The notes under the pieces are model-generated. The model had not been told where the DNA came from, did no database searches, and saw only the letters and a list, made by a program, of their open reading frames with translations. Shown here piece after piece: positions 9,394 to 19,107 of a DNA stretch of 34,072 bases. Numbering within the stretch: position 1 is the first letter of the stretch; the number at the start of each line of letters is the position of its first letter. The position numbers and the translations under genes are program-made. Source of the DNA: Deinococcota bacterium (GTDB lineage Bacteria; Deinococcota; Deinococci; Deinococcales; Thermaceae); the NCBI GenBank assembly GCA_041695225.1, contig JBGFRI010000039.1, positions 1 through 34,072 on the forward strand, given 5' to 3'.

Positions 9394-10482
9394 CTAGGCG
9401 GACTGGGAAGACACCGTCTGGGGGGCCGCAAGCGCCTTTAGTTGCCGCTCCTGATCGGCTTTACGCAAAGCCTGGTGCAGTTTTGTCAGGTCTCCGGCCA
9501 GCACCCCCTCCAGGTCGTGGGTAGTGAAGCCAATGCGGTGGTCGGTCACACGCGACTGGGGAAAGTTGTAGGTGCGAATTTTCTCCGAGCGCTCGCCGGC
9601 ACCAATCTGGGCCAGCCGGTCTTCGCGGCGGCGAGCGGCCTCCTCGGCCCGCCTGATCTCGAGCAGGCGCGAGCGCAGAATTGACAGGGCTTTTTCTTTG
9701 TTTTTGATCTGGCTGCGCGACTCCATGCAGGAGACAATCATGCCGGTGGGTTTGTGCAAGACCTGCACCGCCGAGTCGGTGGTATTGACCCCCTGCCCGC
9801 CGGGGCCGGAGGCCCGCGAGACAGTGATCTCGAGGTCGGCAGGGTCGAGCTGTACGTCCACTTCCTCGGCCTCAGGCATCACCGCCACCGTTGCGGTAGA
9901 GGTGTGGATGCGCCCCTGGGTCTCGGTGGCGGGAACCCGCTGCACCCGGTGAACCCCGGCCTCGTACTTCAGAAAGCCGTAAGCCCCGGCCCCGGTAACC
10001 TCGAACGAGACCTTCGAGACCCCGCCCAGGTCGGTATGGGAAGTATCGAGAAGCTCGGGTTTGTAGCCGTGCATCTGGGCATACTTGATCAGCATGTCGC
10101 GCAACTCAGCCGCAAACAGCGCCGCTTCCTCGCCGCCGGTTCCGGCCCGGATTTCTACAATGGCATCCTTCTCGTCAAGGGGGTCGCGTGGTAGCAGCAG
10201 TACCTCGAGATCGGCCTCGAGTTCACGGATGCGGGGCTTTAGGGCCTCGAGGTCGGCCTGGGCCATCTCGCCTAGTTCGGGGTCGAACTGCAGCTCGCGT
10301 GCTTCCTCAAGATGGGCCAGGGCTTCTTTGTACTGGCGGACGAGCCGCACCAGATGCCCCATGTCGGCATAGCGCTTGCTGATGCCCTGATACTCCGAGG
10401 GATTGGTGAACACCGCCGGGTCGGCTAGCCGCCGCTCGAGCGTCTGGTACTCGGCTTCCAAGGATTCGAGTTTTTCTAACAT
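9394..10482 (-). CDS. prfA: Peptide chain release factor 1
   Basis: EIRAGTGGEEA, RVQRVPATE (PxT motif), GPGGQGVNTTDSAV, IRTYNFPQ. Confidence 0.97.
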   Translation of the reverse strand: MLEKLESLEAEYQTLERRLADPAVFTNPSEYQGISKRYADMGHLVRLVRQYKEALAHLEEARELQFDPELGEMAQADLEALKPRIRELEADLEVLLLPRDPLDEKDAIVEIRAGTGGEEAALFAAELRDMLIKYAQMHGYKPELLDTSHTDLGGVSKVSFEVTGAGAYGFLKYEAGVHRVQRVPATETQGRIHTSTATVAVMPEAEEVDVQLDPADLEITVSRASGPGGQGVNTTDSAVQVLHKPTGMIVSCMESRSQIKNKEKALSILRSRLLEIRRAEEAARRREDRLAQIGAGERSEKIRTYNFPQSRVTDHRIGFTTHDLEGVLAGDLTKLHQALRKADQERQLKALAAPQTVSSQSA

Positions 10483-10700
10483 AAACGGTCACTGCCTAAC
10501 AGGATAACGCGGATGTTGCCTTACCGATAGGTAATGGGCTACAAGGAAGGCGACCATTCCGACATCACTACTCCCTTCATAGTTCCCTTTGGACAGTCAG
10601 CAGACAGCGCCAGCTCTGGCCAGGCTCGCCGGGCCTTACGTTCCACGAAATGAAGCTCCCATAGCCTGCATGGAAGGCTTCTGGTCGTCTGTTCCCTTCC

Positions 10701-11309
10701 CTAGGCCTTGTCCTTCGACCTCAGCCGGATTGGGCTTTGCTTGCTGGGGTGGCGGCCTACCTTGTCGGAGTAGAAAGTGCTAATTTGCTCGAAATCGGCG
10801 TCAATCTGTCCGGTGGGGGTGAAGTAGGCCCCCACACCCACTTCCTTTTTGTAGTAGTCCATGTAGGCCAGGGCGATGGGTACTCCGGCCCCCAGGGCCA
10901 TGTAATAAAACCCGGTTCTCCAGTACTCGGTGCGGCTGCGGGTGCCTTCGGCAGCCACCACCACCCAGAGGTTGTCGTGCTGGTTGAAGATGCGGGCCAC
11001 CTGGGTGACAAAATCGCCGCCAGCCTTTGACCGGTCTACCGGGATGCCGCCCAGCCACCTCATCACCACCCCAATCACCGGAGGGAAGAGCTGTTTCTTG
11101 CCTACCCACCTGAAGCGGGTTCCCGAGGCCATGCCCCAGAGCAGCGCGTACAGGAAGTCCCAGTTGGAAGTGTGGGGATAGCCCACCAGTACAAACTTGT
11201 TGCCTCTGGGCGGGGCCATTACGGCCGTCCAGCCCAGCGTCTGCAAGCCCCAGACCCCAAAGCGTTGCCAGAGCGTCTCGGGTTGAATGGCATAGGGATG
11301 TGTCATCAT
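10701..11309 (-). CDS. 1-acyl-sn-glycerol-3-phosphate acyltransferase (PlsC family)
   Basis: PHTSNWD (HxxxxD), GGIPVDR, AEGTRS, TGFYY; start placed at ATG 11309/11306, not the 11774 of the ORF track. Confidence 0.88.
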   Translation of the reverse strand: MMTHPYAIQPETLWQRFGVWGLQTLGWTAVMAPPRGNKFVLVGYPHTSNWDFLYALLWGMASGTRFRWVGKKQLFPPVIGVVMRWLGGIPVDRSKAGGDFVTQVARIFNQHDNLWVVVAAEGTRSRTEYWRTGFYYMALGAGVPIALAYMDYYKKEVGVGAYFTPTGQIDADFEQISTFYSDKVGRHPSKQSPIRLRSKDKA

Positions 11310-11398
11310 CACTGGTATACCACACCTGGCCGGAGTTATCCTAGTGTGTGAGCAATGATCTGCGGGTTTTGTTCGCTGGGTTTGGCCCTGCCGCCAAA

Positions 11399-11644
11399 GA
11401 GAGTCGCCCATCCGTCCTGAGGGACCCCGGAGCATGAAGCAGGGCGCCAGGCATAGTCCGGCGTGATGCCGGGACCTGGGTCGGTTTGGTCTTGGGTGTG
11501 CGAACCCGTCGCCTACAAGGACCTTAGCCCCGGTCACTTCGACCGGCTGAACAGGTCGAAGGCCATCACCTGCCTGGTCCGGCGGCTTTAATAACCCTGG
11601 CTGCCAGGTGAAACTCAAGTATCTGGCCTGATACTTCATAGAAG
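11399..11644 (+). mobile_element. Probable internally deleted IS110-family element (structured left end fused to transposase C-terminal remnant)
   Basis: 11499-11631 reads CEPVAYKDLSPGHFDRLNRSKAITCLVRRL / (+1 shift) NNPGCQVKLKYLA*, resembling the recalled IS110 transposase tail Y.DLG..YFD.....LVRRL..LGY.V.L; two nested stem-loops at 11405-11479; ATGAAG (11434-39) and CTTCAT (11634-39) form an inverted pair. Confidence 0.55.
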
Positions 11645-11828
11645 TGCTGTAACTGTGTCCAGTGCGAATTATGGGCGACCGGTGTTGGGCGATACCACCT
11701 GGGCTTAGCCTGAGTCTGGAGCTGTCCGGCAGAGTCAAAGTTTGCACTGGATTACCCAATATTGCCAGAGTCATAGTATTCTATGGTCACAACACAAATA
11801 GGTTGTTGTCCAAACAAGGAGGAAGTGC

Positions 11829-13022
11829 ATGAAAATCAATCGTCGTCAGTTGCTCAAAGCTGGTCTGGCCGCCTCGGCAGTCTATAGCCCCTGGATGATT
11901 GCCCGCGCCCAGGCTCGTCCAGTCAGGCTGGGCCTCATTCTGCCCCTAACGGGCGCCTTCGCTTTTGCGGGCAATGCAGGTCTGGAGGGTTTCCGCGATG
12001 CAGTCGACTGGGTGAATGATGCCGGAGGTATCGGCGGTAGACGGCTAGAACTGGCTGTGGAGGATGATGGCTACGATGTGGCCCGCGGCACCGCCGCCTT
12101 CAGCCGGGTGATTGCGCGGGAGCGGGCCGACGAGCTGCTGTTTATGTACGGCAGTTCTACCGGGCTTTCTCTGGCCTTGGCCCCCGAGATTACCCGTCTG
12201 GGACTCCCCTACTCGGCTACCTCCTTCTCCAACGTGCTGGCCAACCCTGCGCGCTTTCCCACCATCTTTGTAATGGGCCCCACCTACAACGATATGGCGG
12301 GCGCACTTCTGCAGCAGATCCGCCGCCAGCGTGGGCGCGGGGCCAGGATCTTCCTGGTATACTCCAACACCGAGTTTGGCCGCGACCCCATCCCTTTCAT
12401 CAAAGAGCAGTCGGCCCGGGTGGGCTTCCAGATTGTGGGCGAGGTGGTGACCCCCCTAGCCATTGCCGATGCTACCCCTATCGTAACTCAGCTCCGCGCG
12501 ACCAACCCCGACTTTGTAATCATGCAGGGGTATGTTCTTACCGTTGAACCCCTGCTGATGCGGGCCGCCCGCGAGCAAGGGGTGCGCTCGACCTTCATGG
12601 GCACCTACTACTCCGCCGAAATTGCCCTTATACCTCGCACCGGTCCCGCCGCTGAGGGCTTTATTGTCACTTACCACAACGCCTATTTCTGGGACACCAC
12701 CGTGCCCGCCGTAGAGCAGATCCGCGCCCTGCGCCGGGCCAGGGGCCGGGACCTTACCTACCGAACCACCTTCTACATGGGTTCCTGGATGGTAGCCGAT
12801 GTGCTGGCAGAGGCTATGCGGCGCGCTCATGCCGCTGGCAGGCTAACCAGGACTGGGGTTATAGAGGCCCTGGATGGCCTGGGTGACTACAATGCGGGTG
12901 GGCAGGTACGTAATATGCGCTGGGTAGACCGCAGACTGCCTTATACCAGACTGTGGCGCGCCAATGTGCGGGATGTCCGCTTCGATGCCATTACCGACTG
13001 GGTAGATGGAAGACGGGTCTAG
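11829..13022 (+). CDS. Liv-type (branched-chain family) ABC substrate-binding protein, Tat-exported
   Basis: Twin-arginine signal NRRQLLK; GLILPLTG, VNDAGGIGGR..EDDGYD; RBS AAGGAGG upstream. Confidence 0.9.
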   Translation: MKINRRQLLKAGLAASAVYSPWMIARAQARPVRLGLILPLTGAFAFAGNAGLEGFRDAVDWVNDAGGIGGRRLELAVEDDGYDVARGTAAFSRVIARERADELLFMYGSSTGLSLALAPEITRLGLPYSATSFSNVLANPARFPTIFVMGPTYNDMAGALLQQIRRQRGRGARIFLVYSNTEFGRDPIPFIKEQSARVGFQIVGEVVTPLAIADATPIVTQLRATNPDFVIMQGYVLTVEPLLMRAAREQGVRSTFMGTYYSAEIALIPRTGPAAEGFIVTYHNAYFWDTTVPAVEQIRALRRARGRDLTYRTTFYMGSWMVADVLAEAMRRAHAAGRLTRTGVIEALDGLGDYNAGGQVRNMRWVDRRLPYTRLWRANVRDVRFDAITDWVDGRRV

Positions 13023-13037
13023 TAGCGCTTCATACCT

Positions 13038-13060
13038 CGATGCTCCGGTGAGGAGCATCG
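13038..13060 (+). other. Stem-loop after the SBP gene (mRNA stabiliser or attenuator candidate)
   Basis: CGATGCTCC-GGTGA-GGAGCATCG, 9-bp perfect stem 15 nt after the stop; no U-tract. Confidence 0.55.
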
Positions 13061-13266
13061 GGTCGAACCAGTCGCAGTCTGGCGGGTTGACCTAGGTGGG
13101 GGAGACGCTCTGAGCAGACAGTCGGGGGCTTGATGTCCGGGAAACAAATAGCGGAACTGACCAAGTGCTTCTGCAGGCTTCTACCGTGGATGCTCCCTGA
13201 GGTGTCCACGGTGTCCTTCTGCCGAGGTTTACCGCCCCGGCCGGTCACGTAGTCTTAAGGAAAACC

Positions 13267-14181
13267 ATGGAACTTGCTCTGGTTATACAAACCATCCTCA
13301 ATGGACTGGCTAATGGTGCGCTGTACGCGGTGATTGCGACTGGTTTTGTCCTGGTCTATCGGGCAACCAGCGTGGTCAACTTTGCCATCGCCGAGTTTTT
13401 GCTAATCGGCGCCTACATAACTTATACCCTATCGCTGTTTTTCCCTGTGCTGGTTGCAGTTTTGCTGGCTTTGCCGCTGGCTTTTTTGTTTGGCGTAATG
13501 GTTGAGCGGGGCTTTGTGCGGCCTTTGCTGGGCCGCAATGTGGTGGCGGTGATCATGGCCACCATTGGCCTGGCCGCAGTTCTGGACGGCACCACGCTGA
13601 TAGTCTGGGGGCCCGAACTCAAGGCCATGGGGGCGGCTCACGCCGGCGATATGCCCAAAGAGCTACCCAATCTGGCCTTTGGGGTAGAGGGGGTCTTCCT
13701 CTCCTCGAGGGCCGTCTGGAGTCTGATTCTGGCCCTACCCCTGGCCATCTTGCTGGTAGCCATGCTCAAGTACAGCCGTTACGGGGTGTTGCTGCGGGCT
13801 GTCTCGGAGAGCGAGACCAAAGCCCTGGCCATGGGAATCAACGCGCCTCGAGTGGTGGCAGCGGCCTGGGGCATATCGGCGCTGCTGGCTGCTATTGGTG
13901 GGGCCTTTCTGGCCGGTGCGGCGGGGGGCGGCGGCCCAGGGCATCACCTGATAATTCTGGGTCTAATCGTCTTTCCCATTGCCATTCTGGGGGGGTTCGA
14001 CTCGGTGCCAGGGGCGGTAGTGGCGGGGCTGTTTATTGGTCTGATCGAGGCTTTCTCGCTGCTTTACCTCGAGATGGTTCTGCCTGGCATTACTCAGACT
14101 ATTCCGTTTTTGATTGTACTGCTGGTGCTGCTCTTGCGCCCTTATGGCCTGTTTGGGCAGCGCCATATAGAACGGGTGTGA
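13267..14181 (+). CDS. Liv-type ABC permease (LivH-like)
   Basis: NGLANGALYA..GFVLVY..VVNFA, LRAVSE..A.AMGIN, ILGG.DS.PGA, RPYGLFG. Confidence 0.92.
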   Translation: MELALVIQTILNGLANGALYAVIATGFVLVYRATSVVNFAIAEFLLIGAYITYTLSLFFPVLVAVLLALPLAFLFGVMVERGFVRPLLGRNVVAVIMATIGLAAVLDGTTLIVWGPELKAMGAAHAGDMPKELPNLAFGVEGVFLSSRAVWSLILALPLAILLVAMLKYSRYGVLLRAVSESETKALAMGINAPRVVAAAWGISALLAAIGGAFLAGAAGGGGPGHHLIILGLIVFPIAILGGFDSVPGAVVAGLFIGLIEAFSLLYLEMVLPGITQTIPFLIVLLVLLLRPYGLFGQRHIERV

Positions 14182-14293
14182 AGAATGTCGCAAACTTTGT
14201 ACTGGATGGCTTTAGTTCGAAGGGTTACAAAGCACAGGTCAGGGGGCGCCGGACAGGCACCACCCAACCCCAGACCGAAAACAAAGGTTATGT

Positions 14294-15079
14294 ATGGCTG
14301 AAATCAACGTCGAAAACCTCAAAGTGGTCTACCGAGGGGTAATTCTGGCCCTGCAGGGGGTTAGCATGCGGGCCGGAGCCGGAGAGGCCATCGCCTTGCT
14401 GGGCCCCAATGGTGCTGGCAAAAGCACCCTGGTGCGGGCCATGTCGGGCCTGCTCTCCCAGTACGATGGCCGAGTGCTGGACGGCAAAATTCTCATTAAT
14501 GGCCAGAACACCAACCACCTGCCAGCCCTCAAGGTATCGGCTTTTGGGCTCACCGCGATCCTCGAGGGCCGTCCCATCTTCCGCTACCTGACGGTACTGG
14601 AAAATCTGCGGGCGGCTGGCCAAAAGCTTTCTGCCCAGCGCTACAAGGAAATTACCGACGAAGTCTTCACCCGATTTCCCCGCATCTACGAGCGCCGAGG
14701 AGAGCAGGGCGGCTACCTATCTGGGGGAGAACAACAGATGCTACTCTTGGGCATGGCCCTGCTCACCGAGCCCAAAATTCTGGTGGTGGACGAGCCGAGC
14801 CTGGGGTTGTCGCCCAAGCTAACCGAGGAAGTGACGCGGGTACTGGACGAGTTGCGGCGTGAAAAAGGCCTCACCCTGGTACTGGTCGAACAGAACGCCA
14901 GGGCAGCTTTCTCCATTGTTGAGCGGGTCTACGTGATGGAGCAGGGCCGGGTGGTCTTTGAGGGCAGTGCCCAGGAGGCCCAGGCCGACGCCGATGTGAT
15001 GGAGTTTTATCTGGGCGGTGCAGTAGTGGGTGGGTTTTCCGAGGCCAAGCGCTACCGCAGGAGGAAGCGATGGGTCTGA
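14294..15079 (+). CDS. Liv-type ABC ATP-binding protein (LivF-like)
   Basis: GPNGAGKST, LSGGEQQM, VDEPSLGLSP, LVEQN. Confidence 0.92.
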   Translation: MAEINVENLKVVYRGVILALQGVSMRAGAGEAIALLGPNGAGKSTLVRAMSGLLSQYDGRVLDGKILINGQNTNHLPALKVSAFGLTAILEGRPIFRYLTVLENLRAAGQKLSAQRYKEITDEVFTRFPRIYERRGEQGGYLSGGEQQMLLLGMALLTEPKILVVDEPSLGLSPKLTEEVTRVLDELRREKGLTLVLVEQNARAAFSIVERVYVMEQGRVVFEGSAQEAQADADVMEFYLGGAVVGGFSEAKRYRRRKRWV

Positions 15080-15163
15080 CGAGATTGCGGTCAACTGCCA
15101 CCCCCAGCAGCTGCTTGGGCATTAAGAGCAATGCAGTGATGAGTGCTGCCGCTGAGGTGAGCT

Positions 15164-15919
15164 ATGGCTAGGGTTTTGCTCGAGGCAAAAGGTCTCTACC
15201 TCGCTTTTAAAGGGGTAAAGGCGCTGGTGGACGTCAACTTTAGCGTGTCCGAAGGTGATCTGTTTGCGGTCATTGGTCCTAACGGGGCGGGCAAAACCAG
15301 CCTGCTAAATGTTTTGTCGGGCCTGTACCGGCCCGAGCAGGGCCAGGTAGTTTTTTTGGGAGAAGACCTGGCGGGCCAGACTCCGCAACAGCGGGTTCGC
15401 AAAGGACTGGGAAGAACCTTCCAGAACCTCGAGCTCTTCCGGGGTATGACTGTTCTGGATAACGTCAAGCTTGGGGCCGAGCTGGCTACTGGGGGCTATA
15501 CCGACCTGCTGCCCCGCACCCAGGTCGAATGGAAAATTCGCCGCCAGGCCGAAGAGGTGCTCGATTATCTGCACCTGGCGCCGTACCGTCACGTTCCGGC
15601 GGGCGCGCTGCCTTATGGCCTACAAAAGCGGGTCGAGGTAGCCAGGGCGCTGGCCGGGTTGCCCAGGCTGCTCTTACTCGACGAGCCCATGGCGGGCCTC
15701 AGCCTGGAAGAAAAGCAAGACCTGGCCCGCTTCCTGCTGGACGCCAGGCGCGAGTGGAAGATTAGCCTGGTGCTGGTGGAGCACGACCTTAAAGCTGTGC
15801 TCGAGCTTTCTACCGGTGTGCTGGTGATGTCTTACGGTGAGGTCTTGTACCACGGGCTGCCTTCGGGGGTGCGGGAGAACCAGCGCGTGGCCGAGGCATA
15901 TCTGGGGAGGAGTGCATGA
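15164..15919 (+). CDS. Liv-type ABC ATP-binding protein (LivG-like)
   Basis: GPNGAGKTS, RTFQN, LPYGLQKRVE, LDEPMAG, VEHD, EAYLG. Confidence 0.92.
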   Translation: MARVLLEAKGLYLAFKGVKALVDVNFSVSEGDLFAVIGPNGAGKTSLLNVLSGLYRPEQGQVVFLGEDLAGQTPQQRVRKGLGRTFQNLELFRGMTVLDNVKLGAELATGGYTDLLPRTQVEWKIRRQAEEVLDYLHLAPYRHVPAGALPYGLQKRVEVARALAGLPRLLLLDEPMAGLSLEEKQDLARFLLDARREWKISLVLVEHDLKAVLELSTGVLVMSYGEVLYHGLPSGVRENQRVAEAYLGRSA

Positions 15920-17826
15920 GCCCTAAGACCCTTATTGACTATTTGTCCCATCACGCCCAGACCAAGCCCCATGCGCCAGCATTGCGGGTCAAGCGTCTGG
16001 GGGTATGGGAGACCACACCCTGGACTGGCCTGAAGGAGAATGTGGAAAAACTCGCCGGAGGGCTGCTGCAACTGGGGCTACAGCCCGGAGGGGTGCTGGC
16101 TCTGCTGGGACAGAACGCCCCGGAGTGGGTGGAAGCAGAGATGGCCGCTCAGTGTATCGGGGCCATTCCCTTGGGAATTTATGCCGATGCCATGCCGGAA
16201 GAGGTGGGATACTTCATCGAGTTTTCCGAGTGCCAGGGCATTGTACTCTCGGACGAGGAGCAGCTCGATAAGGTCCTGCCCCATCTGGATAAGCTAAAGT
16301 TTGTGCTGGTCTGGGCAGAAGCCGGGATGAGCAAATACTGGTCTCTTCAGGTTCGGCCCTTTAGCAGTGTGGTTGAACTGGGAGCTACTTCCTCCAGCCG
16401 TCAGTCAGTGCAAGCGGCCAAGGCCAGGGTCGGGCCAGACACCATCGCCCTGCTGGCCCCTACCTCGGGTACCACCGCGCGCAGTAAGCTGGCTATGCTG
16501 ACCCATTCGCAGCTGATTGCCGGAGCCGACGCGGGCAAAGACTCCATCACCATTAGAGGAGGGGAGTGGGTCTTTTCTTACCTGCCCCTGCCCTGGATTG
16601 GCGAGCAGATGCTCACCGTAGTACGGGGTCTGACCGATGGTACGGTGATGCACTTCCCCGAAGATATGATTACCGTGCGCGAGGATATAAAGGAAGTTCA
16701 ACCCGACTTCTATCTGGCCCCGGCCCGATTGTGGGAGGATGCCGCTGCCATTGTGCGCAGCCGCATGGAAGACGCCGACCGGTTTAAGAAAGCGGTCTTC
16801 CGCTGGGGGATGGGAGTTTTGATAGAGTGCGCCCAACGAGAATTTCGCAAGGAGCCGGTGGGTATGGGTCTTACTATTGCCCGAGCGCTGGCCTACCCCA
16901 CGGTAGCCCGCCCCATTCGCGCGCGCATGGGACTGGCTGCCTGTCGTATTGCAGCGACTGGGGGGGCGCCACTGGGCCCCGAAGTATTTACCTTTTTTCG
17001 TGCTCTGGGTGTGGATATTCGCCAGGTGTACGGCCAGTCCGAGACCGCGGCAACCAGTGTAGCCCACCTACCCGGCGACACCCCGCCCGAGACTGTGGGT
17101 AAGCCTCTGCGCAATACCCAGATTCGTATTGCCGAAGACGGCGAGATCCAGGTCAAAGGGGGGCAGGTGTTTACCGGCTACTTTAAAAATGAAGCCGCTA
17201 CCCGGGAGACCTTTACCGAGGATGGCTGGTTCCGCACCGGCGATGCTGGTTTCTTTAATGAGAACGGCCATCTGGTCTTGCTGGGCCGCCTTAAGGAGGT
17301 GGGGGCACTGGCCGATGGAACCCGTTTTGCACCACAGTTCCTCGAAAACCGTCTCAAATACTCGCCATACATTCGAGAGGCGGTAGTGATTGGACATACC
17401 AAGCCCTACGTTACGGCCCTGATCGAGCTCGACCCCGAAAATATCCAGAACTGGGCGCGCAAACGCGGCATTATCTTCTCGACCTACCAGAGCCTGACCT
17501 CCAATCCCAAAGTCTACGACCTGATTGCACTGGAGCTAAGGATGGCCTGCGAGACCCTGCCCGAAGAGCTCAGGGTGCGTCGGTTTGCCGTTCTTCCCAA
17601 GGAGCTGCATGCCGACGACGAGGAGATTACCCGTACCCGCAAGGTCAAGCGCGGCACCGTGGAAACTCGCTATGCCAACCTGCTCAATGCCCTTTACGAC
17701 GGCTCGAGTGGGGTCAAGCTTAGCCTGCCCATTCGTTACCTGGAAGGACAAGGAACCCTGGAAGCCGAGGTCAGAGTGATGGATGTTGGCGCCGCGACCA
17801 ATGTAAAGCAGGGGGTCAGAGCATGA
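15916..17826 (+). CDS. AMP-dependent long-chain acyl-CoA synthetase family protein
   Basis: PTSGTTARSK (AMP-binding loop variant), YGQSE, GWFRTGDAG, LENRLKYSPYI, EITRTRKVKR; ATGA overlap with the upstream gene. Confidence 0.9.
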   Translation: MSPKTLIDYLSHHAQTKPHAPALRVKRLGVWETTPWTGLKENVEKLAGGLLQLGLQPGGVLALLGQNAPEWVEAEMAAQCIGAIPLGIYADAMPEEVGYFIEFSECQGIVLSDEEQLDKVLPHLDKLKFVLVWAEAGMSKYWSLQVRPFSSVVELGATSSSRQSVQAAKARVGPDTIALLAPTSGTTARSKLAMLTHSQLIAGADAGKDSITIRGGEWVFSYLPLPWIGEQMLTVVRGLTDGTVMHFPEDMITVREDIKEVQPDFYLAPARLWEDAAAIVRSRMEDADRFKKAVFRWGMGVLIECAQREFRKEPVGMGLTIARALAYPTVARPIRARMGLAACRIAATGGAPLGPEVFTFFRALGVDIRQVYGQSETAATSVAHLPGDTPPETVGKPLRNTQIRIAEDGEIQVKGGQVFTGYFKNEAATRETFTEDGWFRTGDAGFFNENGHLVLLGRLKEVGALADGTRFAPQFLENRLKYSPYIREAVVIGHTKPYVTALIELDPENIQNWARKRGIIFSTYQSLTSNPKVYDLIALELRMACETLPEELRVRRFAVLPKELHADDEEITRTRKVKRGTVETRYANLLNALYDGSSGVKLSLPIRYLEGQGTLEAEVRVMDVGAATNVKQGVRA

Positions 17827-17893
17827 CCGCCGATCTGCTAGAGATCAGCTCTCCCAGCCAAACACAAGAGGGGAAGTATATGGAGGTTGCTGA

Positions 17894-18964
17894 GTGTTCC
17901 GTCTGAGCCAATACCTCACCGACGGCTTCAGTCGTCGTTTTTCCCGCACCGTGCGGGAGGACTACCGGCAGGATGAAGCCTACGCCAGTACACCCCAGGG
18001 GCGTTTTTGGCTGGCCATTGCCATTGTTTCGTTGCTGCTGCTACCGCTGGTGCTGCCTGCTTATCCGCTGTTTGTGGCCACGCAAATTCTGGTAGCAGCA
18101 CTGGCGGGTCTGGGCCTGCACCTGCTAGTGGGTGGAACAGGGCAGATATCGCTGGGCCACGCGGCCTTTGTGGGGGTCGGCGCCTATGTCTCCAGCCATC
18201 TGACCGGCGACCTGGTACCCCTGGGCATTCTGATGGGTGGGCTGGTGGCCGCGCTCATAGGGATGTTTTTGGGCATCTCTTCTTTGCGCATCAAGGGAGT
18301 CTACCTGGCTATTGGTACCCTGGCATTTCAGTTTTTGGCCGACTATGTCTTCCGCCGCTGGACAGAGTTTAGCGGTGGGGTCGCGGGCCGTAAGCTGCCG
18401 CCCGAAAACACCTTTCTGGGCCTGCCCCTTACCGATGACCGGGTGGTCTTCTACATGGGCCTGGCCTTTGCCATCCCGCTGTTTTTCTATGGCAAGCGCT
18501 TGCTTTCGACCAGAGCAGGCCGGGGCTGGTTTGCAGTGCGCGACAACGATCTTTCGGCGCAGCTATCGGGTGTAGACCTGATGCGCTCCAAGCTGACGGC
18601 TTTCGCCCTTTCGGCCTTCTATGCAGGCATTGCCGGTGGAATTCTGATTCACTTGATTGGTGTGGTAACACCGGAGAACTTTGTGCTCTTTTTCAGCATT
18701 CAGTACCTGGCGCTGGTCATTGTTGGTGGTGCCGGGACCGTTCTGGGCGCTGTTTTTGGGGCCTTCTTTATTGTGCTGATTCCTGAGGTTTTGAGTGTCA
18801 TGGCTGCGGCATTTGGGCCGCAGTACGTGGCCCAGCTTTCGGCCTGGCGCGCGGTGGTATTTGGTAGCCTGATTCTCATGTTCTTGATCCTGGAGCCCAG
18901 GGGCCTGGTTGGTCTGTGGGGTAAGGCTCGAGACTACTTCCGCACCTGGCCGTTGCCTTACTGA
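17894..18964 (+). CDS. Liv-type ABC permease (LivM-like)
   Basis: GQISLGHAAF, LRIKGVYLAI.TL, AVRDND.SA, IVGGAG, EPRGL; GTG start with GGAGG RBS. Confidence 0.92.
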   Translation: MFRLSQYLTDGFSRRFSRTVREDYRQDEAYASTPQGRFWLAIAIVSLLLLPLVLPAYPLFVATQILVAALAGLGLHLLVGGTGQISLGHAAFVGVGAYVSSHLTGDLVPLGILMGGLVAALIGMFLGISSLRIKGVYLAIGTLAFQFLADYVFRRWTEFSGGVAGRKLPPENTFLGLPLTDDRVVFYMGLAFAIPLFFYGKRLLSTRAGRGWFAVRDNDLSAQLSGVDLMRSKLTAFALSAFYAGIAGGILIHLIGVVTPENFVLFFSIQYLALVIVGGAGTVLGAVFGAFFIVLIPEVLSVMAAAFGPQYVAQLSAWRAVVFGSLILMFLILEPRGLVGLWGKARDYFRTWPLPY

Positions 18965-19107
18965 GAGACTGTCAATGGACTCGAGCCGATAGCTACAGTT
19001 GGGGCACAAGTTGCCAGCACTGCGAGATATCGGGTGTGCGAGATAATTTGCGACTGTTCTGAACCTGGGTTTGTCTTGGGCGCTGGTAGAGGCTGTAAAC
19101 TACTTAC

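Noticed and set aside
11310..11774. 155-aa N-terminal extension of the acyltransferase given by the ORF track
   Set aside because: The PlsC domain starts near 11309. The extension is the antisense of the IS110-like remnant and promoter DNA.
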